From NCBI GenBank assembly GCA_049322915.1, contig JBMOPW010000014.1:224001-288000 (forward strand): 64,000 bases of DNA, in the 5' to 3' direction. The stretch is from Candidatus Zhuqueibacterota bacterium (lineage in GTDB: Bacteria; Zhuqueibacterota; Zhuqueibacteria; Thermofontimicrobiales; Thermofontimicrobiaceae). Below are positions 29,108 through 37,944 of this stretch, in pieces. The notes beneath the pieces are model-generated. The model was given only the letters and a program-made list of their open reading frames with translations. It ran no database searches and was not told where the DNA came from. The stretch's first letter is position 1, and each line of letters begins with the position of its first letter. Position numbers and translations under genes: made by a program.

Positions 29108-30826
29108 ATGAATTTGAAAAATGAGATTTCCAAAGGAATAACAATGAAGCGAGATTGGATCTGGCTGGCGTTGATTCTTGTCGGGGCGCTTGTGTTCCGA
29201 CTGATCCTGATGACAAAGGCCTTTGCGGTGGGATTTGATGAAGTGAATTACCTCAAACTGGCGGCAAGCGGTCATCTGCACGGATTGAATCACGTTCTTC
29301 ATACGTACTGGTCGCCGTTCTATCCTCTGGTGGTTGCTTTGTTTTCGTACATAATCCCGGATTATGAATTTGCCGGCAAATGGGCGTCGCTGTTGAGTTC
29401 GTGCCTCGTCATTGTTCCGCTATTCTTTTTCATTCGGGAACGTTATGACCGGCGCATTGCGCTGGGCACGTCTCTGCTGGTTGCATTTTTTACGTACGCC
29501 GCCAGTTTTAGTGTGTATGCGCATACAGAATTTATTTACAGCTTCGTCGCTATTGTGGGAATTATTGCCGGGTGGTATGCGCTCCAAAAAAAGAATATTG
29601 CGCTGTCGCTGGTGAGCGGAATTTCATTCAGTCTGGCCTATCTGACGCGACCCGAAGGTTTCGGATTTCTGCTCACGTTTCTGGGCGTGACCTTTGTTGT
29701 TTTTCTCGTTGAATTAATAAGACGAAAACACGTTCTGCCATATGTTTATATTGGCCTCGTGTCGTCCATCGGATTTTTTGCAGTCTCCCTGCCCTATTTG
29801 ATGTACTTGCATCGCGAGACCGACCAATGGACGCTGAGTACCAAGGGCGCGGCCAATCAGCAGGGTGAAATTTATGTGCAGAACATGGATCAATTTGCAG
29901 AGGATCCTCACAATTGCCTTTCGAAGGATAATAAAGTTCTGCTGCAGGATGATATTTATCATCTTGGCACTTTTCTGACTGCCATTAAAAATGATGAACG
30001 AGCCGAGGTCGAAATTTCCAAATCCGCTTTTCTGGCCAAAGTATTTGAAAATTATTATAAGATTCTGACTGAAGATCTGACCAAAGTGCTGACGGTTCCT
30101 TTGCTCATTCTGCTGGGCATTGGTCTGTTCGTCGATCCCTGGAACCGACAGCGCGCGTTGATTAATTTATATCTTTTGAGTTACCTGCTGTTCTTCTGGT
30201 TTGTTCTCATTCCGGCGTTCCACATCACGTTGCGATATTTTGTCCCGCTCATTCCGCTGAGCTTCATCTGGGTCGCAGCCGGCGCCGGCAAGGTAATCGA
30301 TTGGTTGTCCGGGACATTGAAAACGACGCTGGGAGAGACGAATAAGGCGTTTTCTTCGCGGAGGATGAGTGCAGCGCTGGTCATACTGGCCATTTTTGTG
30401 AGTGCGATTTTGCCGGAATTTGGCAAGCACATGAAAAAGACCGTGGATTCGACCGATGAGTGGGACCCCTGCATCGAGCAGAAAAAGGCCGGGTTGTGGC
30501 TGAAACAACAGGGCGTCCAGGAGCCGGTGATCATGGCCAAGAACCATGCTGTTTCTTTTTATGCCGGCAATTATGAAATTAAAGAGTCGGTTTCCATTCC
30601 ATACAATACTATTGACCGGGTGCTGGAATATGCCCGGTATCGCAGGGCGGACTACATTGTCTTCAATGATCGATATCGAAATTATTATCCGACACTGGGC
30701 TATTTGCTGGATCAGGAAAATATTCCGCCGCAGTTGAAACTCGTTTATTTGGATAAAGAAAATAATGGGCTTCGCACTTTAATGTATCAGATAGTTCCCG
30801 ATGAATCTGGAAAAGAGAATAACTAA
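29108..30826 (+). CDS. ArnT/PMT_2-like GT-C glycosyltransferase
   Basis: FDEVNY; WSPFYP; HTEFIY; LAYLTRPEG; LRYFVPLIP; many TM helices and a C-terminal periplasmic domain. Confidence 0.8.
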   Translation: MNLKNEISKGITMKRDWIWLALILVGALVFRLILMTKAFAVGFDEVNYLKLAASGHLHGLNHVLHTYWSPFYPLVVALFSYIIPDYEFAGKWASLLSSCLVIVPLFFFIRERYDRRIALGTSLLVAFFTYAASFSVYAHTEFIYSFVAIVGIIAGWYALQKKNIALSLVSGISFSLAYLTRPEGFGFLLTFLGVTFVVFLVELIRRKHVLPYVYIGLVSSIGFFAVSLPYLMYLHRETDQWTLSTKGAANQQGEIYVQNMDQFAEDPHNCLSKDNKVLLQDDIYHLGTFLTAIKNDERAEVEISKSAFLAKVFENYYKILTEDLTKVLTVPLLILLGIGLFVDPWNRQRALINLYLLSYLLFFWFVLIPAFHITLRYFVPLIPLSFIWVAAGAGKVIDWLSGTLKTTLGETNKAFSSRRMSAALVILAIFVSAILPEFGKHMKKTVDSTDEWDPCIEQKKAGLWLKQQGVQEPVIMAKNHAVSFYAGNYEIKESVSIPYNTIDRVLEYARYRRADYIVFNDRYRNYYPTLGYLLDQENIPPQLKLVYLDKENNGLRTLMYQIVPDESGKENN

Positions 30827-32138
30827 TAGTTTTAAGGATAAGGAACTCCTTTTTCTCAGAGCGTTCCTGTTTTTTCTGCCGTATCGCCTCGGCGTAGGAG
30901 CGGTTGAGGACAGGCGCCTGTTGTATCTCAGTGATATTTTTCTTTATCTGACGCTCCTCATGTGGTTTATGAAAACGCGGGGATTTCAACGGGGAAAGAT
31001 ATTTCTTGGCCCGACGCTCGTTCCGGCGGTATTGATGATAATCTGGGGAAGCATCAGTGTGCTATTCGCCATCTCCCAGGCGCTGGGCGCAGTAGCGGTG
31101 TTTCTGTTGATCAAGGCAGTTTTAATTTATATTTATATGATTAACCGGGTCAACACCCGGGCAAAGCTCAAACTTGTCGTTCATTATTTAATGATTGGAA
31201 TCGCGATTCAGGGAGTAATAGGAATCGCACAGCGGGCGACTGGCGGCCCATTGGGATTGGATCGGCTGGGCGAATCAATGGGAACAATGCTTTCCAATAT
31301 TGGTCGCGTTGTCGGAACCTACTACGGGCCCAACCGATACGCCGCGCACCTCATTCTGTTGATTCCAATCAGCGTCTCGCTTTTCATGTTCCTGAAAAAG
31401 CGCAACGACAAATATTTTTACGGCACCGTTTCAATGCTGTCGCTGGCCGGACTGTTCTTTTCGCTCTCACGTTCGTCGTGGGCCGGAACCATTCTCGCAT
31501 TGTTTCTCATGTTGATTGTTTTGGGAATACGCGGCAGAATTTCTCCACGCTTGCTGAAAGCGATAATGATTGTCTTCATCGCAATTCTAATTATCGGCGC
31601 GGTATTCTGGAACACCATTGAGCGCCGCTTTGAACGCGCTGAGGATGGCGATCACCGAATCACCATGATCAATATTGCGTTTCAATTGCTTCAGGATCAC
31701 TATATATTTGGAGTGGGTCTGTTCAATTACCAGTTCCACTCGTTTCACTTATTTGCATTCTGGCATCCGGTTCACAATTGCTATCTGCGACTGGCAGTTG
31801 AAACCGGCATCCCCGGATTGCTTTTCTTCCTGTGGTTTGTTTTTTACATCATTCGGGCATCCTTCCGTGGAACAAAGATCAAGGATCCTTTCCTGAGCAG
31901 TGTCTCGCTGGGATGTCTGGGGGGATTATTTGCGTTTTTAGCTGCGGTGAATTTTGGCCCCATGTACCAGCATTACAGAATGAAAGCGATTTTCTGGATC
32001 GTTGGCGCATTGGCGATTGCGGTGCGACGAATTTATAAAAATGAGCAGATTGCGAATTATAAAATGAAGATGCAGAAAGAGGATGAACAACAAAAGAATG
32101 TCCAACCATCGCAAACAAAATATATCAGAAATCGTTGA
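30801..32138 (+). CDS. O-antigen ligase/polymerase (Wzy_C/WaaL family)
   Basis: RVVGTYYGPNRYA; SLSRSSW; IFGVGLFNY; VHNCYLRLAVETGIPG. Confidence 0.85.
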   Translation: MNLEKRITNSFKDKELLFLRAFLFFLPYRLGVGAVEDRRLLYLSDIFLYLTLLMWFMKTRGFQRGKIFLGPTLVPAVLMIIWGSISVLFAISQALGAVAVFLLIKAVLIYIYMINRVNTRAKLKLVVHYLMIGIAIQGVIGIAQRATGGPLGLDRLGESMGTMLSNIGRVVGTYYGPNRYAAHLILLIPISVSLFMFLKKRNDKYFYGTVSMLSLAGLFFSLSRSSWAGTILALFLMLIVLGIRGRISPRLLKAIMIVFIAILIIGAVFWNTIERRFERAEDGDHRITMINIAFQLLQDHYIFGVGLFNYQFHSFHLFAFWHPVHNCYLRLAVETGIPGLLFFLWFVFYIIRASFRGTKIKDPFLSSVSLGCLGGLFAFLAAVNFGPMYQHYRMKAIFWIVGALAIAVRRIYKNEQIANYKMKMQKEDEQQKNVQPSQTKYIRNR

Positions 32139-33399
32139 GCACGACACCTGCACACAGTGCGGGACGTGCGTGGCCATGTGCCCCACGCGCGCAATTACGT
32201 TGCGGCAGCATCCGAAAATAGGGCTGTTGCCAATAGTCGATGATGATTTATGCACAGAATGTGGAATTTGCCTGAAGGTCTGCCCGGGCGAGGAATTGAA
32301 CCTGGACCAGTTAAATCTGGATCTATTTGGCAAATTACCAGCCGATGAATTGTATGGAAATTATTTAGGTGTGTACACCGCTCATGCCACAGATGAAGGA
32401 ATTCGCTACAACGGCGCTTCCGGCGGAGTGGCGACTGCCATACTGGATGCGCTGTTGAAATCCGGGCAAATCACCGGCGCCGCTGTGGTGCGCATGAGTC
32501 GGGAGCGGTCTCTGGAACCGGATGTGTTCATCGCACGCAATACCGATGACCTCATTTCAGCCCAGCAATCCAAATACCTGCCGGTCCCCATGAATGTCGC
32601 TATCAGAGATATTCTTGCGGATAAAAACGGGAAATACGCCATTGTCGGTCTGCCGTGTCATTTTCACGGGTTACGGTTGGCTGAAAAAGTGAATAAAAAG
32701 CTGACGCAACGGATTGTCCTTCGGATGGGACTTTTTTGTGGATTCAATCCCACGCTGTCATCGACCAAATACCTGCTGCGTCGCGCTGGTGTGAAGGACT
32801 TTTCGCAGATTGCCAATATCAAATATCGCGATGGCGATTGGCCCTGTGGATTCCGCGCGATCATGAAGGACGGCAGCGATCATTTCCTGTACCCCATCGA
32901 TGAATTCTTATTTGCGCATTACGTGTTTGAACGGCGGCGCTGCGCCATGTGCTGCGATCAGCTCAACGAACTGGCTGATTTAGCGCTGGGCGACGAATGG
33001 CGCTCCGATCTCAAGGACGACGCCGGCGGCTGGTCGCATATTATGACTCGGACCGAAATCGGCGAGGAGTGCGTGCGACAGATGGTTGCGCAGGGGATAA
33101 TCCATGTCCAGGAATCCAATGCCGAACATATTTTTAGCGGTCAGCGCTACACCATGATTTTTAAAAAGCGCGGGAACTATGCCTTCGGGCGCATCCAGAA
33201 AATGTTGGGCAAGAAGATACCGAACTATTTGAAAACAACCCGCCACAAAATGAAGTGGCAATATTGGGTCGGTTCTTTCTTTGTATATCTGATTCCCGCT
33301 ATGTTTGAGAATGATGTATTCAGCCAATTGTTTGTGGGAATGCCCACCCGCGTGTGGAATAAATACCGGAATCTGATTTTGAAATTGTTCAAAGATTAG
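32083..33399 (+). CDS. Coenzyme F420 hydrogenase/dehydrogenase beta-subunit (FrhB/FdhB)-like Fe-S protein
   Basis: Two ferredoxin motifs (CTQCGTCVAMCP, CTECGICLKVCP); GASGGVAT; SKY; VGLPCH; GLFC; RCAMC.D; ADLALGD. Start may be ATG 32098. Confidence 0.85.
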   Translation: MNNKRMSNHRKQNISEIVEHDTCTQCGTCVAMCPTRAITLRQHPKIGLLPIVDDDLCTECGICLKVCPGEELNLDQLNLDLFGKLPADELYGNYLGVYTAHATDEGIRYNGASGGVATAILDALLKSGQITGAAVVRMSRERSLEPDVFIARNTDDLISAQQSKYLPVPMNVAIRDILADKNGKYAIVGLPCHFHGLRLAEKVNKKLTQRIVLRMGLFCGFNPTLSSTKYLLRRAGVKDFSQIANIKYRDGDWPCGFRAIMKDGSDHFLYPIDEFLFAHYVFERRRCAMCCDQLNELADLALGDEWRSDLKDDAGGWSHIMTRTEIGEECVRQMVAQGIIHVQESNAEHIFSGQRYTMIFKKRGNYAFGRIQKMLGKKIPNYLKTTRHKMKWQYWVGSFFVYLIPAMFENDVFSQLFVGMPTRVWNKYRNLILKLFKD

Positions 33400-33476
33400 A
33401 CAGTCGGGGACCTCATTCACTGGCAGTATCGAAAAGAAAATAGCTCCACGGTGGAAATATTAAGGATAAGAAGACG

Positions 33477-34766
33477 ATGAAAATTTTGATGGTGAATAAG
33501 TTTTATTACATTATGGGAGGGTCGGAGCGATATTATTTTGAATTGACAAAAATTTTGGAAGCTCACGGACATGAAGTCATTCCGTTTGCCATGAAAGATC
33601 CAAAGAATTTCAAAACCGAATATGAAGAATATTTTGTCGATAATATCGAATTCAATCTGGGTTCCGCGTGGGAGAAAGTAAAAAACAGCGGGAGAATCAC
33701 GGCGCGGATTATTTACTCGCTTCAGGCGCGCAAGCGAATCGAAAGTCTCATCGAGAAGACGCGGCCAGATATTGCGCACCTGCACATGATTGACCATCAA
33801 ATTTCGCCGTCCATTTTGCACTCGCTGAAAAAGTATAACATCCCGGTGATTCTGACAGCCCATCAATCCAAGGTGATATGCCCCAATTATCGGATGTTCA
33901 ACTGGAACACCATGCAGAATTGTGAGAAATGTCTGGATGGCCATTACTATCATCCGATCATCGAAAAGTGCCACAAAAACTCGCGCATGGCAGGACTGCT
34001 CATTGCCGTGGAAACTTACCTTCATAAAATGATGCGGATTTACGAGGACAATGTGGATATTTTTCATGTGCCGAGTAAATTCTTTCAGCAGAAGTTCACC
34101 CAGGCTGGCATCGATCCCCGCAAGATTGAGCAGTTATATTACACCATTCAAATCGATCAGTACAAGCCACATTACGAGAACGAGGATTATTACGTCTATT
34201 TCGGACGGTTAGAGGAGGCGAAGGGATTGATGACGCTGCTCAAGGCAGCGGAGAAAGTGAAAAAATCCCAGCTTTACATCATTGGAAAAGGCGATCACCG
34301 GGCTGAACTTGAGCAATTTGTCGCTGCGAAAAATATCACCAATGTGAAATTTCTCGGCGCACGTTATGGGGAGGAACTGAAAGACTTAATTTCCAAATCC
34401 AAGTTCATCGTCGTTCCATCGGAATGTTACGACAATTCTCCTCTCGTCGTGTATGAAGCGTATGCTATGGGCAAGCCTGTCATCGGTTCCATCATGGGCG
34501 GAATTCCCGAATTGATCGATAACAGAGAAACCGGCCTGTTGTTCCAGGCGGGTGATAGCGATGAATTGGCCGACCGAATTGATTTCCTGTTGAGTTATCC
34601 CCAATTACTGAATGAGTATGGCAGGAACGCACGGACCAAGGCGGAGCGGGAATTCAGCCCGGAGGTTCATTATCAAAAAATATTGACAAAATATCAACGA
34701 TTGCTGGGAGAGGATGTGGATGAGTCGGTTCGAGCTGAGCAACAGGCTATGCTTAGAACTCGCTAA
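33477..34766 (+). CDS. Glycosyltransferase family 4
   Basis: MKILMVNKFYYIMGGSERYYF; YFGRLEEAKG; VPSECYDNSPLVVYEAYAMGKPVIGS. Confidence 0.9.
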   Translation: MKILMVNKFYYIMGGSERYYFELTKILEAHGHEVIPFAMKDPKNFKTEYEEYFVDNIEFNLGSAWEKVKNSGRITARIIYSLQARKRIESLIEKTRPDIAHLHMIDHQISPSILHSLKKYNIPVILTAHQSKVICPNYRMFNWNTMQNCEKCLDGHYYHPIIEKCHKNSRMAGLLIAVETYLHKMMRIYEDNVDIFHVPSKFFQQKFTQAGIDPRKIEQLYYTIQIDQYKPHYENEDYYVYFGRLEEAKGLMTLLKAAEKVKKSQLYIIGKGDHRAELEQFVAAKNITNVKFLGARYGEELKDLISKSKFIVVPSECYDNSPLVVYEAYAMGKPVIGSIMGGIPELIDNRETGLLFQAGDSDELADRIDFLLSYPQLLNEYGRNARTKAEREFSPEVHYQKILTKYQRLLGEDVDESVRAEQQAMLRTR

Positions 34767-34827
34767 TTCGAAGTAGCCGGATTTCGTAACAAGAATGCAT
34801 TATTGAGATAGGATTTTTAGTGGTATA

Positions 34828-36705
34828 ATGGAGAACCTCGACTACTTTAATGTCGCTGCAAAAATCTTCTTCTGGCTGGAGAAATACCAGGTTCAGCAAA
34901 AGCAAATCGAAGCGAGGCGAAATTCTTACAAGCTGATGTTTCAACTTGATCATCCCATCGAGGGTAAAATTGATGTGATTGAGGTCTTCCCCAAGCAGGA
35001 GACGATGGTGAGTCATGGCATCGGACTGGAAATTCTGGAACATAACTGTCAAAAGGCAATTTTGGGCGTGTATGACTCCGGCGGAATTTATGATCCGATC
35101 GACAATCTGATTCCCGGCGACCATTACGCCACATCGCATTTCGCTTTGCTGGGCGCTATTTTATACATGCAAAAGCGTGACCCATTCATTCTGGAAAAAG
35201 TGATGCGGGCATTCGATTTTTTTGTGCGCACGTCAAAGGATGAATATCGTTTTGGCGACTGGTATTACCATTGGGATTTTAATAATTACTCGCTGCTGGA
35301 GACATTTCGGCTGCTCAAAGATCACCTTCCGAAGTCGGAGTTGAAATACTGGGAGCGGGGTCTTCGATCCACCAAACAAAACACAGATAATCCACTGACC
35401 AACTGGATCGCAATGCGGGCCTATGCGTCGTTGCTGCGCAATGAGCTGTTTGGACTTCCATCGGAAAAAATAAAATATCTGAGTCGGCTTCGTCGGCTCG
35501 AAAAAGCGCGGCATGCGGATGGCTGTTACGATGACGAGGTGAATCAGAGTCGGCCGATACAATATCACGTGTTCACACTGGCGCTGCTTCATCGCATGTA
35601 CATGGTGCAACCCAGTCCCAAAATCAGAAGGCGGTTTCTGGAAGGAGTGGAATTCTTCATCAAATTCATCGATCCGGATGGATGCTACAATTATATGGGA
35701 CGCGGTCAGGAACAAATATTTGGCTATGGCGCGGGACTCTATGTGCTGGAAGCTGCCAAAATGCTGGATGAAAAAAACGCTGCCATCTATCAATACAATC
35801 GGGATTTGATGTGGAATTATTTATTGAGCTATCAAAACGATGGCAGATTCCCTCTTGTGCTCAATCACAGGAAGGAGGAGGAAAAATTTGGTTGGTATGA
35901 TTATCACCATGCCACGGTGTACACTGCGTTTTTAGGTGTTTGGCTGGGACTGGCGCATTTGTTACATAGTCCGCAGGTTGATCGAGACAAGATGACGTCG
36001 GACGAGGTGAAAACCTATTTTCAGTATTTCAAACCAACGCAAAATGTGATAATGTCCAAACCGGAGTACTTTCTATCGGTGAGCGCCGGTACGCCGGAAT
36101 ATCTTTCTGAGCCGGGCGTCACGCCGAATCATATCTGGTTCAAAAATATTGGCTGGGTCTATACCTGTCCCGGTGGCCCGACACTACAGACCTTTGGAAA
36201 AAAGACGCAGGTTGAAAATGTGGAAATGAACTTCTTTGCCCCGATCGCGCGTCGCCAGAATGCAAGTTGGCTATTGCCCACGTTTCATCAGGGAGAAATT
36301 TTAAAATCCACTGCAGAACGTCTGGAGATGCGGTTTGACTACGGCGCATTTATCGTGAATCGATTCATTACATTCGATGAAAAGGAACTCATTTTTCAGG
36401 ATCGCTTTGAATTCAAAACGGATGAGATATATACGGAATTTCGGTACTGCAATTTTCCAATTGTGACAGATAAATTTAATATCGAAATATTGGGAAAGAA
36501 GCAGATCCAACTCATGGTGAACACCCGGAAAATTATCATTGATATTTTGTCAGCGGATTTCTCATCAAAAAAAATCGAAGTGCTGCAGTCAGTGAAAACG
36601 CCTAAAGGCCTGGCCCGGGTCATTGCCCTGAGAGAACTTAATTTTGCCACCAAACCGGAGCTGGAAAAGAATGTGGTGTTTTCTATTTCCAGGTTCGTCG
36701 AATAA
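34828..36705 (+). CDS. Hypothetical protein; probable (alpha/alpha)-toroid plus beta-sandwich (heparinase/DUF2264-like fold)
   Basis: Helical N-terminal two-thirds with NWIAMRA, DGCYDD, IQYHVF, DPDGCYNYMGRGQ; beta-rich C-terminus; no signal peptide. The fold assignment is inference. Confidence 0.5.
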   Translation: MENLDYFNVAAKIFFWLEKYQVQQKQIEARRNSYKLMFQLDHPIEGKIDVIEVFPKQETMVSHGIGLEILEHNCQKAILGVYDSGGIYDPIDNLIPGDHYATSHFALLGAILYMQKRDPFILEKVMRAFDFFVRTSKDEYRFGDWYYHWDFNNYSLLETFRLLKDHLPKSELKYWERGLRSTKQNTDNPLTNWIAMRAYASLLRNELFGLPSEKIKYLSRLRRLEKARHADGCYDDEVNQSRPIQYHVFTLALLHRMYMVQPSPKIRRRFLEGVEFFIKFIDPDGCYNYMGRGQEQIFGYGAGLYVLEAAKMLDEKNAAIYQYNRDLMWNYLLSYQNDGRFPLVLNHRKEEEKFGWYDYHHATVYTAFLGVWLGLAHLLHSPQVDRDKMTSDEVKTYFQYFKPTQNVIMSKPEYFLSVSAGTPEYLSEPGVTPNHIWFKNIGWVYTCPGGPTLQTFGKKTQVENVEMNFFAPIARRQNASWLLPTFHQGEILKSTAERLEMRFDYGAFIVNRFITFDEKELIFQDRFEFKTDEIYTEFRYCNFPIVTDKFNIEILGKKQIQLMVNTRKIIIDILSADFSSKKIEVLQSVKTPKGLARVIALRELNFATKPELEKNVVFSISRFVE

Positions 36706-36760
36706 ATGTGGGATGGTTCGGAAATTCAAGATTGAATAGAGAACAGAACTGGTTGTATTC

Positions 36761-37939
36761 ATGAAGATTGCATATTTCAATTATTTGTATGACATGGAGG
36801 AGAGCTCTGTCGGAGCCGCGGTTCATGTGAGGGAATTGGGAAAAGGTCTCCAGGCGCTGGGTCATGATGTTAGCATTCATTATATGAATCGTTTCACCAG
36901 TGTTGCCTCTTCGGTGCAATCACCGATTCGTGGTTATTTGAAACGAAAATTATGGCGATATCTGAACCAGGTGAATGCGCTGGTCTCCAATGCCGGCTAT
37001 TTTCGGAGAGAGTGGAAGATTTTATCGCAGGAGAAACCAGATGTCATTTTGCAGCGATATAATTTTTTAAACGTGTCCCTTGTCCTCGCTGCCCGAATGA
37101 AAAAAATACCTCTCTTGTTGGAGGTCAATGCTCCCATGGCTTATGAAAACAAGAAATTCTCTGACCATGCCGTGAGGCTGCCATTTTTCCCTGAATATCT
37201 GGAAAAAGTTAATCTTCAATTGGCCGATAAAGTATATGTGGTGTCGTCGGAATTAAAAAATTACTATGCCAAACGCGGCATTGCACCGGAGAAAATTCAC
37301 GTCGTCCCCAATGGCGCTGATGAAAAACGCTTCCGGCCGGACGTGGACACCCGGGGCATCCTTGAAAGATATTCTCTCAATAATAAAATTGTGATAGGAT
37401 TCATCGGTTCATTCCATTACTGGCATGGCGTGGACAATCTACTGAAATTTATCAAGGCCATTCTGTCGCAATACAATCATGTCTGTTTTCTCCTGGTTGG
37501 AACAGGGCCGCTTAAAGAGGATCTTGAAAAAGCGCTGGCGGCAGAGCAGAAAGATGGAAAAGTGATTCTGCCGGGATATATTCCCCACGAAGCCATTCCA
37601 GCGTATCTGGCAGTGATGGATATTGTGCTGGCGCCATATCCCAGGCTGGATTTCTTCTATTATTCGCCTTTGAAAATATTCGAATACATGGCAGCGGGCA
37701 AGACAGTCATTGCAAGCCGGGTGGGACAGATTGCAGAAATTATTCGCGAGAATCACGACGGCATGCTGGTGGAGCCGGACGATTTCGATGATATGCTTGA
37801 GAAATCAATGAAGCTCATTCGCGAAAATGCGTTGCGGGTTCAGATGGGCAAAAATGCCCGACACACGATCGAACAGAAGTATACCTGGACCCGGACAGCG
37901 GAGACGATTTCACATTTATTGCACGAGGTAGTAAAATAA
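36761..37939 (+). CDS. Glycosyltransferase family 4
   Basis: LEVNAP; VVPNGAD; GFIGSFHYWHGV; YSPLKIFEYMAAGK. Confidence 0.9.
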   Translation: MKIAYFNYLYDMEESSVGAAVHVRELGKGLQALGHDVSIHYMNRFTSVASSVQSPIRGYLKRKLWRYLNQVNALVSNAGYFRREWKILSQEKPDVILQRYNFLNVSLVLAARMKKIPLLLEVNAPMAYENKKFSDHAVRLPFFPEYLEKVNLQLADKVYVVSSELKNYYAKRGIAPEKIHVVPNGADEKRFRPDVDTRGILERYSLNNKIVIGFIGSFHYWHGVDNLLKFIKAILSQYNHVCFLLVGTGPLKEDLEKALAAEQKDGKVILPGYIPHEAIPAYLAVMDIVLAPYPRLDFFYYSPLKIFEYMAAGKTVIASRVGQIAEIIRENHDGMLVEPDDFDDMLEKSMKLIRENALRVQMGKNARHTIEQKYTWTRTAETISHLLHEVVK

Positions 37940-37944
37940 AACAG

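Noticed and set aside
32083..33399. Methanogen-type F420 hydrogenase
   Set aside because: No hydrogenase subunits or maturation genes; the context is a bacterial glycan cluster.
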